Shown here: positions 38,463 to 48,575 of the stretch, in pieces | Layout of the letters: each line of letters begins with the position of its first letter | How positions within the stretch are numbered: the stretch's first letter is position 1 | Assembly (NCBI GenBank): GCA_002788855.1 | Contig: PFSB01000013.1 | Coordinates: 21,608 to 85,607, forward strand | Direction of reading: 5' to 3' | Source of the DNA: Candidatus Roizmanbacteria bacterium CG_4_9_14_0_2_um_filter_38_17 | GTDB lineage: Bacteria; Patescibacteriota; Microgenomatia; GCA-00278855 | Length of the DNA stretch: 64,000 bases | The notes under the pieces: generated by a model | The model's database searches: none | The model's input: only the letters and a program-made list of their open reading frames with translations | What the model was told of the DNA's origin: nothing | Program-made: the position numbers and the translations under genes

Positions 38463-40790
38463 ATGGCACATTCTCCATATGTTGTTTGGTTTGATGAAGT
38501 AGATAAAGGAGACATTAATTCTGTAGGTGGAAAAGGAGCTAACTTAGGCGAAATGACCAAAGCGGGTATTCCTGTTCCCACAGGTTTTATAGTTACCGCA
38601 CAGGCATATTTTAAGTTTATCAAAGATGCAGGGATTAAAGAGGAGATAACTCACGAGTTAAAAAAGATTAACATCAATAACTCAAAAATCTTACAAAGTG
38701 GAGCAAAAAAAATAAGAGATATTATTAAAAAGGCAGACATACCAGAGGAAATAGTAAAGGATATATTTACTCATTACCACAAACTTCCTAAGCATCTAGG
38801 AAAGCGCAAGCTAACATTTAAAAGACTGGCAAAACAGTTGAAAGAGCCATTAGTAGCAGTAAGATCATCAGCCACGGCTGAAGACTTACCAGGAGCCTCA
38901 TTTGCTGGTCAGCAAGAAACTTTTCTTAATGTGCAAGGAGACGCTAACCTAATATACACAGTAAGAAAAGCTTGGGCTTCTTTATTCACGGCTCGTGCCA
39001 TTTTTTATAGAGAGGAAAAAAAGTTTGACCATATGAAAGTAGGTATTGCTTTACCTGTGCAAAAAATGATCGAGTCTAAGACTTCTGGAATTATGTTTAC
39101 TCTTGACCCTATTACTAATAATAAAGAGCACGTTGTGATTGAGGCAATATATGGCTTGGGCGAGTTAATCGTGCAGGGAGCAGTTACTCCAGATCACTAT
39201 ATTATAAATAAAACTAACTTAGACATTATTGCTAAACACCTTGGAATACAAGAAGAAAAAATGGTTTTGAAAGGAAATAATAATGTTATTCAAAAATTAA
39301 AGAGTAGTGAAGGTGGTAAGCAAAAGATAACTGATGCCCAAATTAAAGCCATTGCCAAATATGGTAAAGAGCTGGAAAAGCATTATTATTTTCCTCAGGA
39401 TGTTGAATGGGCTATTGAAGATGATCTAGTATTTATCTTACAAACCAGACCTGTAACTACATCTGGAGGTAAAAAACAAAAGGATAATTCAACATCTCTA
39501 GATGGTCTTAAAGAGTTATTAAGTGGTAGCCCAGCTTCTCCAGGTATTGGCTCGGGTAGAGTTGTAATTATTAAAGAGGCCAGTGAAATTAATAAAGTTA
39601 AGTCAGGAGATGTCCTTGTTTCAGAAATGACAGACCCAGACTTTGTTCCTGCAATGAGAAGAGCAAGTGGCGTAATTACAGATAAAGGTGGACGTACATC
39701 ACATGCTGCAATTGTATCTAGGGAATTAGGAATTCCTGCAGTTGTTGGTACAAAGAATGCAACAAAAGAATTACATAATAACTTAACAGTGACTGTTGAC
39801 GGGAGCACTGGCAAGGTGTATGAGGGCTCACCAGTAAGAGGAAAGATAGACTTATCTACTAAAGAAGTACGCCCAACTATGAAAATAAAGACAGCTACTC
39901 ATGTCTACTGTAATCTGGCTACACCAGATAGAGTTGATGAAGTTGCTAACATGAACGTAGATGGAATCGGGCTACTAAGAGCTGAGTTTATGATTGCGAG
40001 CATAGGATATCATCCAAAATACTTGATCGAGCAAAAAAAGACAAAGTTATTTATAGATAAAATGACCGAGCAAATAAGCGAGTTTTGTAAACACTTTGGT
40101 CCAGATAGACCTGTTGTATATAGAGCTACTGACTTTAAAAGCAATGAATATCATAATCTTAAAGGTGGTAGTTCTTATGAAGCAAAAGAGGAAAACCCAA
40201 TGTTAGGATTTAGGGGGGCATACAGGTATATATCTGATCCAAAAGTATTTCAACTTGAATTGAAGGTTATTAGAAACCTCAGGGATAAACTAGGGTATAG
40301 GAACTTGTGGTTAATGATTCCATTTGTTAGAACAGTTGAAGAATTGAAACTTGTTAAAAGGTTGATACAGGAAGCGGGTCTACATAGATCTGGATCCTTT
40401 AAGCTATGGATGATGGTAGAACTACCTTCAAATGTAATACTTATTGAAGATTTTATAGAGGCAGGAATTGATGGTGTATCGATTGGTTCCAATGATTTAA
40501 CTCAACTAACCCTTGGTGTCGATCGTGATTCAGAAAAAGTAAGCAAGGAGTTTAATGAGCTAAACGGTGCAGTACTTTGGTCAATAGAGAGAGTTATTAA
40601 AGCTGCAGCAAAACACAAAATTACAGCTTCAATTTGCGGACAAGCAGCTAGTGACTATCCAGATTTAATTGAAAAGTTAGTTGAGTGGGGAACGACGTCT
40701 GTTTCAGTTAATCCAGATGCAGTTGACCAAACTAGAGAGCTGATTTATCAATGCGAAAATAGATTAATTTTAAAAAAAAGTAGAAGTTGA
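38463..40790 (+). CDS. ppsA: Phosphoenolpyruvate synthase
   Basis: GGKGANLGEM, VRSSATAED, GGRTSHAAIVSRE, GLLRAEF, SIGSNDLTQ. Confidence 0.97.
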   Translation: MAHSPYVVWFDEVDKGDINSVGGKGANLGEMTKAGIPVPTGFIVTAQAYFKFIKDAGIKEEITHELKKININNSKILQSGAKKIRDIIKKADIPEEIVKDIFTHYHKLPKHLGKRKLTFKRLAKQLKEPLVAVRSSATAEDLPGASFAGQQETFLNVQGDANLIYTVRKAWASLFTARAIFYREEKKFDHMKVGIALPVQKMIESKTSGIMFTLDPITNNKEHVVIEAIYGLGELIVQGAVTPDHYIINKTNLDIIAKHLGIQEEKMVLKGNNNVIQKLKSSEGGKQKITDAQIKAIAKYGKELEKHYYFPQDVEWAIEDDLVFILQTRPVTTSGGKKQKDNSTSLDGLKELLSGSPASPGIGSGRVVIIKEASEINKVKSGDVLVSEMTDPDFVPAMRRASGVITDKGGRTSHAAIVSRELGIPAVVGTKNATKELHNNLTVTVDGSTGKVYEGSPVRGKIDLSTKEVRPTMKIKTATHVYCNLATPDRVDEVANMNVDGIGLLRAEFMIASIGYHPKYLIEQKKTKLFIDKMTEQISEFCKHFGPDRPVVYRATDFKSNEYHNLKGGSSYEAKEENPMLGFRGAYRYISDPKVFQLELKVIRNLRDKLGYRNLWLMIPFVRTVEELKLVKRLIQEAGLHRSGSFKLWMMVELPSNVILIEDFIEAGIDGVSIGSNDLTQLTLGVDRDSEKVSKEFNELNGAVLWSIERVIKAAAKHKITASICGQAASDYPDLIEKLVEWGTTSVSVNPDAVDQTRELIYQCENRLILKKSRS

Positions 40791-40826
40791 TTTTTAAGTC
40801 TAAACAATGTTACTATTTAATAAATT

Positions 40827-42590
40827 ATGCAGAGTAAAATAATTCCAGTTGTAGACAAAAAGTTAAGTTTCACTCCTAATCTTGTTAACTATGACGCTTC
40901 ACATTCAAAATTTTCTTATAAAGATTATGAAAATGAACTAGATTGGTTTGATAAAGATCATATAAATGCTGGCTACAACGCAATTGATCGCAATGCATTT
41001 GGACCGAGAAAAAACAAAGTAGCCTTATACTGGGAGGGAGCGAACGGTAGTGAAATGCAGTTTACCTTCCTACAGATGTCTTTAGCTTCAAATAGATTTG
41101 CCAATATGCTTAAAAGTTTGGGAGTTGACAAGGGAGATCGAGTTTTCTTATTTTTACCAAGGATTCCTGAATTATTCATTTCTTTTATTGGAACGCTAAA
41201 AAGAGGAGCCATTGCGGGAACGCTTTTTGCAGCATTTGGACCACAGGCACTACAGGATAGATTGAGTAATAGTGGAGCAAAAGTAGTGATAACTACGCCA
41301 GAACTTAAATCAAGAATCGATGGAATCCGAGACAAGCTACCAGAACTTGAGCATGTGATTGTAGTAGATGGGAAAACCCGCAGATCTTTTTGGGAAGAGA
41401 AATACATATCAACTAGGAAGTCTGACTCATACTATGATCTATTTACGACAGCTAGTGAAAAATTTGCACCGATGCATACTTCATTGGATGATCCTGCTTT
41501 TATGCTTTATACGTCTGGGACCACTGGTAAACCTAAAGGGGTTGTTCATAGACATTATGCAATAGTTCATGAGTATTTAACAGCTAAATGGGTACTTGAT
41601 CTAAAAGAAGATGATGTCTACTGGTGCACTGCGGATCCTGGTTGGGTTACTGGTATTGCATACGAAAACTTAGGCAACTGGGCTAATGGAGCATCCACAC
41701 TAATTTATGAGGGTAGATTTAGTCCTGAAAAGTGGTACTCACTAATTGAAGAGTATAAAGTTAATGTTTGGTATACAGCACCAACAGCTATAAGAATGTT
41801 AGCTGCGTCAGGAAAAGAGCTAGTAGATAAATATGATCTCTCAAGCCTTCGTCATCTATGTTCTGTTGGCGAGCCACTTAATCCCAAGGCGGTAAACTGG
41901 GGAAAAAAGGTGTTCGGGTATCCATTCCATGATAATTTTTGGCAGACTGAAACTGGAGGTATTGTAATCGCTAATTATCCATCTCTGCCAATTAAGCCAG
42001 GATCAATGGGTAAGCCAGTTCCAGGGGTATCCGCAAGTGTAGTGGATGATGAAGGAAAACCTGTACCAGTTGGAAAAGAGGGAGCATTAGTGTTGAAACC
42101 TGGTTGGGCTTCAATGATGCAAAAAATCTGGAAAAGACCAAAGAAATATGATAGTTACTTTAAAAATGGCTGGTATATTACCGGTGACCGAGCATTTATG
42201 GATGAGGATGGTTATTTCTGGTTTGTTGGGCGCGATGACGATGTTATAAAAACAGCGGGAGAGAGAGTCGGACCTTATGAGGTTGAGTCAGCGCTAGTCG
42301 AGCATGAAGCTGTTATTGAAGCTGGGGTTATAGGTATACCTGATGAAATGAGAGGGTCAATTATTAAAGCATTTGTTAAACTGAAACCTGGATATAAGGC
42401 AAGTGAAAAGTTAAAGGAGGACGTTGCTCAATATGTTAAAAAGCACCTGGCTGGACATGCTTATCCAAGAGAAATAGAATTTGTAGATAAATTGCCAAAG
42501 ACTAGATCAGGAAAGATTATGAGAAGAGTGCTAAAAGCAAGAGAACTAGGCCAGGAAGTAGGCGATACCTCTACGCTACAAGAATACTAA
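40827..42590 (+). CDS. acsA: Acetate-CoA ligase (AMP-forming)
   Basis: YTSGTTGKPKG, ADPGWVTG, WQTETG, PKTRSGKIMRR. Confidence 0.96.
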   Translation: MQSKIIPVVDKKLSFTPNLVNYDASHSKFSYKDYENELDWFDKDHINAGYNAIDRNAFGPRKNKVALYWEGANGSEMQFTFLQMSLASNRFANMLKSLGVDKGDRVFLFLPRIPELFISFIGTLKRGAIAGTLFAAFGPQALQDRLSNSGAKVVITTPELKSRIDGIRDKLPELEHVIVVDGKTRRSFWEEKYISTRKSDSYYDLFTTASEKFAPMHTSLDDPAFMLYTSGTTGKPKGVVHRHYAIVHEYLTAKWVLDLKEDDVYWCTADPGWVTGIAYENLGNWANGASTLIYEGRFSPEKWYSLIEEYKVNVWYTAPTAIRMLAASGKELVDKYDLSSLRHLCSVGEPLNPKAVNWGKKVFGYPFHDNFWQTETGGIVIANYPSLPIKPGSMGKPVPGVSASVVDDEGKPVPVGKEGALVLKPGWASMMQKIWKRPKKYDSYFKNGWYITGDRAFMDEDGYFWFVGRDDDVIKTAGERVGPYEVESALVEHEAVIEAGVIGIPDEMRGSIIKAFVKLKPGYKASEKLKEDVAQYVKKHLAGHAYPREIEFVDKLPKTRSGKIMRRVLKARELGQEVGDTSTLQEY

Positions 42591-42598
42591 ATATACCC

Positions 42599-42627
42599 TT
42601 GACACTATCTGTATGATGATATATGAT
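42599..42627 (+). promoter_or_regulatory. Sigma70 promoter of gap-pgk
   Basis: TTGACA-N17-TATGAT, with ATG 8 nt downstream. Confidence 0.75.
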
Positions 42628-42635
42628 TTGATCAT

Positions 42636-43631
42636 ATGCTGAGGCTTGGCATTAATGGAGTTGGAAGGATTGGTCGAGCAGTAACACGGCTTGCACTTTT
42701 ACGGGATGACCTACGGGTAGTTGCCATAAATAGTAAATCATCAGCAGATTCACATGCGTATTTACTTACATATGATTCTGTTCATGGAAGATTATCTAAG
42801 CGGGTAACAAGTAGTAAAAATAACATTATTATTGGAAATAAAATTATTAAGTGTTTTAGAGAAAATCAACCAAAGAATATCCCTTGGGGGCAAGAAAAAG
42901 TAGATATAGTCATAGAATCTAGCGGTGTTTTTAATGACAAGAATTCGGCGAGTGATCACTTAGGAAATAGTGTTAAAAAGGTTATTATTTCAGCACCATG
43001 CAACGATGCAGATAGGACTATAGTTATGGGTGTTAATGAGGAAGATTATGATCCTGATCAAGATCAGGTCATATCAAATGCGTCGTGTACAACTAACGCT
43101 CTTGCACCTATATGTAAAGTACTTGAAGAGAGTTTTGGTATTAATAAGGGAATGGCGACCACTATACACGCTGCAACTTCCACTCAATCAGTATTAGACA
43201 AATCAAGTAAAAAAGACTTTAGAAAAGGAAGATCAACTATGAATAATATAATTCCCTCAAGTACCGGTGCAGCTAAAGCCTTGGGTCAGGTTTTGCCTAA
43301 CCTTTCAGGTAAAATTGATGCCATGGCAATGAGAGTGCCAGTTCTTAATGGTTCAGTTGTAGATCTGAAGGTTGAGTTAAAAAAAAATGTAACAAAGGAT
43401 GAAGTACTATCTGCATTTACTAGCTCCAAAATGATTAATAATGGAATATTAGAGATTAGCTCCTCGCCACTTGTTTCACAGGATATTGTGGGGAACACAG
43501 CTTCATGTATAGTTGATAGTGAGTTTGTAAGCGTTATTGGAGGTAATTTAGTTACAGTTCTAGCTTGGTATGATAATGAAATGGGCTACTCAGCAAGGCT
43601 TTTAGACCTAGCAGCATACATAACTGCATGA
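42636..43631 (+). CDS. gap: Type I glyceraldehyde-3-phosphate dehydrogenase
   Basis: INGVGRIGR, SNASCTTN, STGAAKA, WYDNE. Confidence 0.97.
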   Translation: MLRLGINGVGRIGRAVTRLALLRDDLRVVAINSKSSADSHAYLLTYDSVHGRLSKRVTSSKNNIIIGNKIIKCFRENQPKNIPWGQEKVDIVIESSGVFNDKNSASDHLGNSVKKVIISAPCNDADRTIVMGVNEEDYDPDQDQVISNASCTTNALAPICKVLEESFGINKGMATTIHAATSTQSVLDKSSKKDFRKGRSTMNNIIPSSTGAAKALGQVLPNLSGKIDAMAMRVPVLNGSVVDLKVELKKNVTKDEVLSAFTSSKMINNGILEISSSPLVSQDIVGNTASCIVDSEFVSVIGGNLVTVLAWYDNEMGYSARLLDLAAYITA

Positions 43632-44794
43632 TATTAAATTCAATTTATGATGTTGATTTTCGCAATAAAAAAGTTTTTCTGCGAGTCGATTATAACGTCT
43701 CCCTAAATTCGGATAATAGTATTAGTAATGACACTAGAATCACTCAGACTTTACCGACCATAAAATATCTGATAGATAAGGGTGCTGGTTTAGTTTTAGC
43801 TTCTCACTTGGGAAGACCTGGTGGAAAGGTTGATAAAAGATACAGTATGAGTGCTGTTGCTATTCGTTTAGGTGAGCATTTGGGTAAAAAGATAAGAGTT
43901 ATTCCAGATTACTGGAAAAGTAAAATAGTAGTTAAGCCAGGCGAAGTGGTTATGCTTGAAAACCTTCGTTTTCACAATGGAGAAGAGAGCAATGATCAAA
44001 AACTGGCTAAATATATTTCTAGTTTTGTGGATATCTATGTTAATGATGCCTTCGGCTCATCGCATAGAGCGCATATGTCTATAGTTGGAATCGCCAGTCA
44101 TCTTCCGGCATATGCTGGTTTATTACTTCAGAAAGAAATTACATTAATAGACAAACTTCTGAATAAAAGGAAAGGTTCTTTAACAGTTGTTATTGGTGGA
44201 GCTAAAACGCCTGAGAAAATAGGAGTTATAAATAACTTATTAACTAAAGCAGATACAATATTGTTGGGTGGAGCAGTAGCTAATACCTTTTTATCTACGT
44301 GGGGAATAAAAACTGGAGTTTCTCTAGTTGACCATGAGATGACAGAAATGGCAAGGCAAATTATGTGGAAAGCCACACAATCAAATGTTAAGTTAATATT
44401 ACCTGAGGATGTTGTAGTCTCTAATACAAAGCAAACTAGGGAGCCTGTAGAAATATCATATAAAGAAGTGCCAGGTCATTTAGCTATTTATGATATTGGA
44501 TCTAAAGCAAGAAAAAAATATGCAGATGAAATACTATCTTCTGATTCTGTTATCTGGAATGGGCCAATGGGATTATTTGAAAAACCACAGTTTATAGCAG
44601 GAACTAAGTCTGTGATGGATGCAATGGTTAAGTGCAAAGGGACAACTGTTATTGGAGGAGGGGATACTTTGACTGCTCTGCAGGACAAAAAACAACTCAA
44701 CCATATTACTCATATCTCCACAGGTGGAGGCGCGCTGCTTGAATATCTTGAAAAGGAATCGCTACCAGGGATAGATATTGTTAAAAATTCATAA
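43628..44794 (+). CDS. pgk: Phosphoglycerate kinase
   Basis: RVDYNV, SHLGRP, LENLRF, WNGPMG, STGGGA. Confidence 0.97.
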   Translation: MILNSIYDVDFRNKKVFLRVDYNVSLNSDNSISNDTRITQTLPTIKYLIDKGAGLVLASHLGRPGGKVDKRYSMSAVAIRLGEHLGKKIRVIPDYWKSKIVVKPGEVVMLENLRFHNGEESNDQKLAKYISSFVDIYVNDAFGSSHRAHMSIVGIASHLPAYAGLLLQKEITLIDKLLNKRKGSLTVVIGGAKTPEKIGVINNLLTKADTILLGGAVANTFLSTWGIKTGVSLVDHEMTEMARQIMWKATQSNVKLILPEDVVVSNTKQTREPVEISYKEVPGHLAIYDIGSKARKKYADEILSSDSVIWNGPMGLFEKPQFIAGTKSVMDAMVKCKGTTVIGGGDTLTALQDKKQLNHITHISTGGGALLEYLEKESLPGIDIVKNS

Positions 44795-44797
44795 GTA

Positions 44798-45646
44798 GTG
44801 GATAGACAAAGAATAACGATAACATTAAAGTCTGATTTACTTACAAAAGTGGATGAGAGTATAGACGGAACAACCATACGTAACCGGTCCCATGCTATCG
44901 AGTATTTATTAACAAAAGCAGTTGCCCCTCCAATTTCTCAGGCTGTTATTTTAGCAGGTGGGCTGGGCGTTAAAATGAGACCAGTTACCTATGAAATCCC
45001 TAAAGCTTTAATACCAGTTAAAGGCAAACCATTGCTTGAATATATGATTGAATCTTTGAGAGAAGCAGAAATAAGAGAGATTATATTAGCAATTGGACAT
45101 TTAGGTAGCAAAATTAAAGATCACTTTGGAAATGGCTCGAAATTTGGAGTCAAGATTACTTATAGTGAAGAGAATAGTAATCTAGGAACAGCTGGAGCCT
45201 TAGCTAATTGTTATAGCCTGCTTGAGCAGAAACCTTTTGTTATATTGCATGGTGACATTCTTGTAGACCTAAACTTTAGAGAGCTTATTTCTTTTCATCA
45301 AAATAATAAACGAAATGTTGCCACCTTGGTTATCACCACCAAATCTGATCCTACGTCATACGGTAATGTCCAATTAGTAGGAACTAAAATTGTTGAATTT
45401 ATTGAAAAACCCACTAAAAAACAGACATCTTCCCATTTAATTTCAGGTGGAGTTTATGTATGCGAACCTGAAATCTTTGACTTTATACCAGAAAAACACC
45501 CAGCAATGTTGGAGGACGTATTCCCACAGCTAGCGAAGCAAGGTAGGTTGTGTGGCTTTTTGTTTGCGGGAAAATGGTACGATGTTACTACTCCAAAAAA
45601 CTACGAAAAAGCCATTTCTAACTGGAAAATTAGTAGCTCCGAATAA
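44798..45646 (+). CDS. Ribbon-helix-helix domain fused to sugar-phosphate nucleotidyltransferase domain
   Basis: RQRITITL...VD...RNRSHAIE (RHH); AVILAGGLG, PKALIPV, LGTAGAL, HGDI. Confidence 0.85.
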   Translation: MDRQRITITLKSDLLTKVDESIDGTTIRNRSHAIEYLLTKAVAPPISQAVILAGGLGVKMRPVTYEIPKALIPVKGKPLLEYMIESLREAEIREIILAIGHLGSKIKDHFGNGSKFGVKITYSEENSNLGTAGALANCYSLLEQKPFVILHGDILVDLNFRELISFHQNNKRNVATLVITTKSDPTSYGNVQLVGTKIVEFIEKPTKKQTSSHLISGGVYVCEPEIFDFIPEKHPAMLEDVFPQLAKQGRLCGFLFAGKWYDVTTPKNYEKAISNWKISSSE

Positions 45647-46262
45647 CTAAAAGAGCTCTCCCATGTATTTGAACATTCTCCGTTAAAGTATTATTAATGG
45701 GGTTTATTGCAGATTCAAGTTTGTATGATTTTTCCTGTTGGTAAACTGTTCTTATGGTAGCAGTTCCATTGTTAATAACTACTAGATAAACTTTTCCATC
45801 TTCAACCACTTCGGTATATTGAAAGATTATAATGTCACCCGAGAGTAAGCCTTCTGAAATTAGCTGGGGTCCCCAAACTTCCAATGCATAACAGGTTTCT
45901 AGGTTAACTCCAGTTATTAATGAGCTAGATAGCTCAATAGACCCACGAGATGCGCCTCCTTCAACTAGTGGGGTGGTCCCTGTAATCTTACCAAGTACTT
46001 GGATAGTTATTGTTGAGGTACTTAGCTCATCTTCTTGGTTTAAAACAACCAAGCCACGTGTTACATTTCTCTGTTTTTGGATATAGCCTTTTTTTTCTAA
46101 TGCCTTAATATGGTTATGGATAGTTGCAGTAGAAGAAAGCTTAACAGCTTTACCTATCTCTTCGTATGTTGGTGCATAGTCGTTCTGGGAAATATAGCTC
46201 TTAATAAAATCTAAAACCTGTTTTTGGCGTGGAGTAAGAGTTTTTTTTGTTGCGCTCGGCAT
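45630..46262 (-). CDS. lexA: LexA-family repressor with degenerate autoproteolysis motifs
   Basis: LTPRQKQVLDFI, PTYEEI, SSTATIHNHIKALEKKGYI, R.L; S24 domain lacks Ser, Lys and Ala-Gly. Confidence 0.85.
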   Translation of the reverse strand: MPSATKKTLTPRQKQVLDFIKSYISQNDYAPTYEEIGKAVKLSSTATIHNHIKALEKKGYIQKQRNVTRGLVVLNQEDELSTSTITIQVLGKITGTTPLVEGGASRGSIELSSSLITGVNLETCYALEVWGPQLISEGLLSGDIIIFQYTEVVEDGKVYLVVINNGTATIRTVYQQEKSYKLESAINPINNTLTENVQIHGRALLVIRSY

Positions 46263-46291
46263 ACCGCTATGGTAGCAAATAAACTACGAAA

Positions 46292-48340
46292 TTACAAATT
46301 TTTCATACCGGAGATTTTATCTCTAAGAAAACTTGCCTCTTCAAAGTTTAGTTCTCGGGCGGCAGTTTTCATCATTTTTGTGAGCTCTTTAATATATTTG
46401 ATTTGCTCATTTGGTAGTAGTTGATTGTAGTCTTCGCGGATCATTACCTCTGCCTTCTGCTTTGAGTTTTTATCTTTTTTCGTTCTTTCGATAAGCTTAT
46501 CTCTAATTGGTTTACTGATACCAGTTGGAGTGATACCATTGTTTATGTTGTACTGCTTTTGTACTTTACGCCTGCGACTAACTTCATCAATAGCTTTTTT
46601 CATGGAATTTGTAACTTTGTCTGCGTACATAATAACGTGACCATTTTCGTGGCGTGCTGCTCTACCCATTGTCTGAATAAGGCTAGTTTCGGAGCGAAGA
46701 AATCCCTCTTTGTCCGCATCTAGTATCGCTACCAGCGAAACTTCGGGTAGGTCTAATCCTTCTCTTAGCAAATTAATTCCAACTAATACATCATAAGTTC
46801 CAAGTCTCAAGTCATCCAAGATGTCTTGTCTGTCTAGGGTATCTACATCAGAATGTAAATATTGAACCTTTAAATTGAGTTTTTCAGCCTCTTGGGCTAG
46901 ATCTTTATCTAGTCTTTGAAGTTCTTGATAATCACCAATAAATTTACTTAGGTCTTCGGCTATTTTTTTTGTAAAGGTGGTTACAAGAACTCTTTCTCCT
47001 TTTTGTTTTCGTATAAGAATCTCTGAGATTAGATCTCTGATCTGGTTCTTACTAGATCTTATTTCAATTTCAGGATCTAATAACCCAGTAGGTCGGACTA
47101 GTTGCTGAACGACCTGTTGCGAGAGGCTTTTTTCCCAGTCACTTGGGGTAGCTGATGTATAGATAGTCTGGTGTGTGCGCCGCAGGTATTCATCAAAACG
47201 AAGTGGTCTATTATCTATGGCAGCTGGTAAACGAAAACCATAATCTATAAGGGTTTTTTTTCTGGACATATCCCCCTTATACATACCTCTAATCTGGGGA
47301 ATGGTCATATGGCTTTCGTCTATAACCAAGAGCCAGTTATTTTTGTAGCGATAATTAAAGTAATCCATCAGAGAGTAGGGTGGCTCGCCTGGAGCTCTGC
47401 CGTCAAAATATCGTGAGTAGTTTTCGATACCATTAACATACCCAAGCTCATTGAGCATTTCTAAGTCAAAGTTAACTCGCTGATTAAGGCGTTGCGCTTC
47501 GATTAGTTTATTTTCGTTCTTAAATTTGTTTACTTGTTCATGAAGATCTCTTCTGATAACTTTGAATGTTTCTTTTTGTTGATCTGGGTCTGCAATGTAG
47601 TGTTTAGCAGGAAATAACTCAAACTCGTTTAACTCAGTTTCCTGCATGCCAGTGAGGGGATCTAGTTCGACAATCTTGTAGATTATATTTCCCTTGAGCT
47701 GAATCCTATAGGCAATGTCTGTGTAGGCAGGGTAAATATCTATGGAATCACCACGAACTCGAAAGGTACCTCTTACAAATTCATAACTTCCTCTACTGTA
47801 CTGAAGTTGAGTTAATTTAGAGAATAGGTCTATGCGATCAAGTTGATCTTTTACTTTAAGTTTAATGGCAAAATAGCCATATTTTTCGGGTGAGCCAATG
47901 TTATATATTGAGGAAACAGATGCAACAACTAATGTATCTGATCTGGTAAGAAGATTGGCAGTAGCTTTAAGCCTTAGCTTGTCTATCTCCTCATTTATAG
48001 CAGTCTCTTTTTCTATATATGTGTCTGAGTGAGGAATATATGCTTCAGGCTGGTAATAATCATAATAGGATACAAAATAGGAGATGGCATTCTCTGGAAA
48101 AAAATCCCTAAATTCTTGATATAGCTGACCAGCTAAAGTCTTGTTGTGAGAAATGACTAAAGTAGGTAGATTAAGCTTGTGAATTACATTGGCTACTGTA
48201 AAAGTCTTTCCACTACCTGTTACTCCCAGAAGAACCTGGTGCTTATGCTTGACTTTAATACCTTCTATTAGTTTATCTATTGCCTCTGGCTGATCACCAG
48301 TAGGCTTAAAGGATGATACTAGCTTAAATTTGTTCATCAA
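46292..48340 (-). CDS. uvrB: Excinuclease ABC subunit B
   Basis: PTGDQP, GVTGSGKT, YYDYYQPEAY, DESH, GINLLREGLD. Confidence 0.98.
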   Translation of the reverse strand: MMNKFKLVSSFKPTGDQPEAIDKLIEGIKVKHKHQVLLGVTGSGKTFTVANVIHKLNLPTLVISHNKTLAGQLYQEFRDFFPENAISYFVSYYDYYQPEAYIPHSDTYIEKETAINEEIDKLRLKATANLLTRSDTLVVASVSSIYNIGSPEKYGYFAIKLKVKDQLDRIDLFSKLTQLQYSRGSYEFVRGTFRVRGDSIDIYPAYTDIAYRIQLKGNIIYKIVELDPLTGMQETELNEFELFPAKHYIADPDQQKETFKVIRRDLHEQVNKFKNENKLIEAQRLNQRVNFDLEMLNELGYVNGIENYSRYFDGRAPGEPPYSLMDYFNYRYKNNWLLVIDESHMTIPQIRGMYKGDMSRKKTLIDYGFRLPAAIDNRPLRFDEYLRRTHQTIYTSATPSDWEKSLSQQVVQQLVRPTGLLDPEIEIRSSKNQIRDLISEILIRKQKGERVLVTTFTKKIAEDLSKFIGDYQELQRLDKDLAQEAEKLNLKVQYLHSDVDTLDRQDILDDLRLGTYDVLVGINLLREGLDLPEVSLVAILDADKEGFLRSETSLIQTMGRAARHENGHVIMYADKVTNSMKKAIDEVSRRRKVQKQYNINNGITPTGISKPIRDKLIERTKKDKNSKQKAEVMIREDYNQLLPNEQIKYIKELTKMMKTAARELNFEEASFLRDKISGMKNL

Positions 48341-48353
48341 CGCCCTATTTTAA

Positions 48354-48551
48354 CAGGAAGTTGGTATGTTGCTACTGGAGCTTGTCCTGGCTCTATTAAA
48401 AACTGAGTTTTTAATAGATTGTTAAATTGGAACCCACTCCAGGAGTGGGTTAGGTTGACACCTCGGGAATATCGGGCGCTCAACCTAAAGCTAAGCCATT
48501 CATTGCATGAAAGGCTTAGCTTTGTTTCGCTTGGATTATGGCAGGAAGTTG
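48354..48551. repeat. Palindrome-rich insert bounded by a 10-bp direct repeat CAGGAAGTTG
   Basis: Direct repeats at 48354-48363 and 48542-48551; hairpins at 48392-48418, 48431-48463 (family B copy 2) and 48487-48531. Confidence 0.75.
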
Positions 48552-48575
48552 ATCTCCTGTTATAATTGTTAGCTT

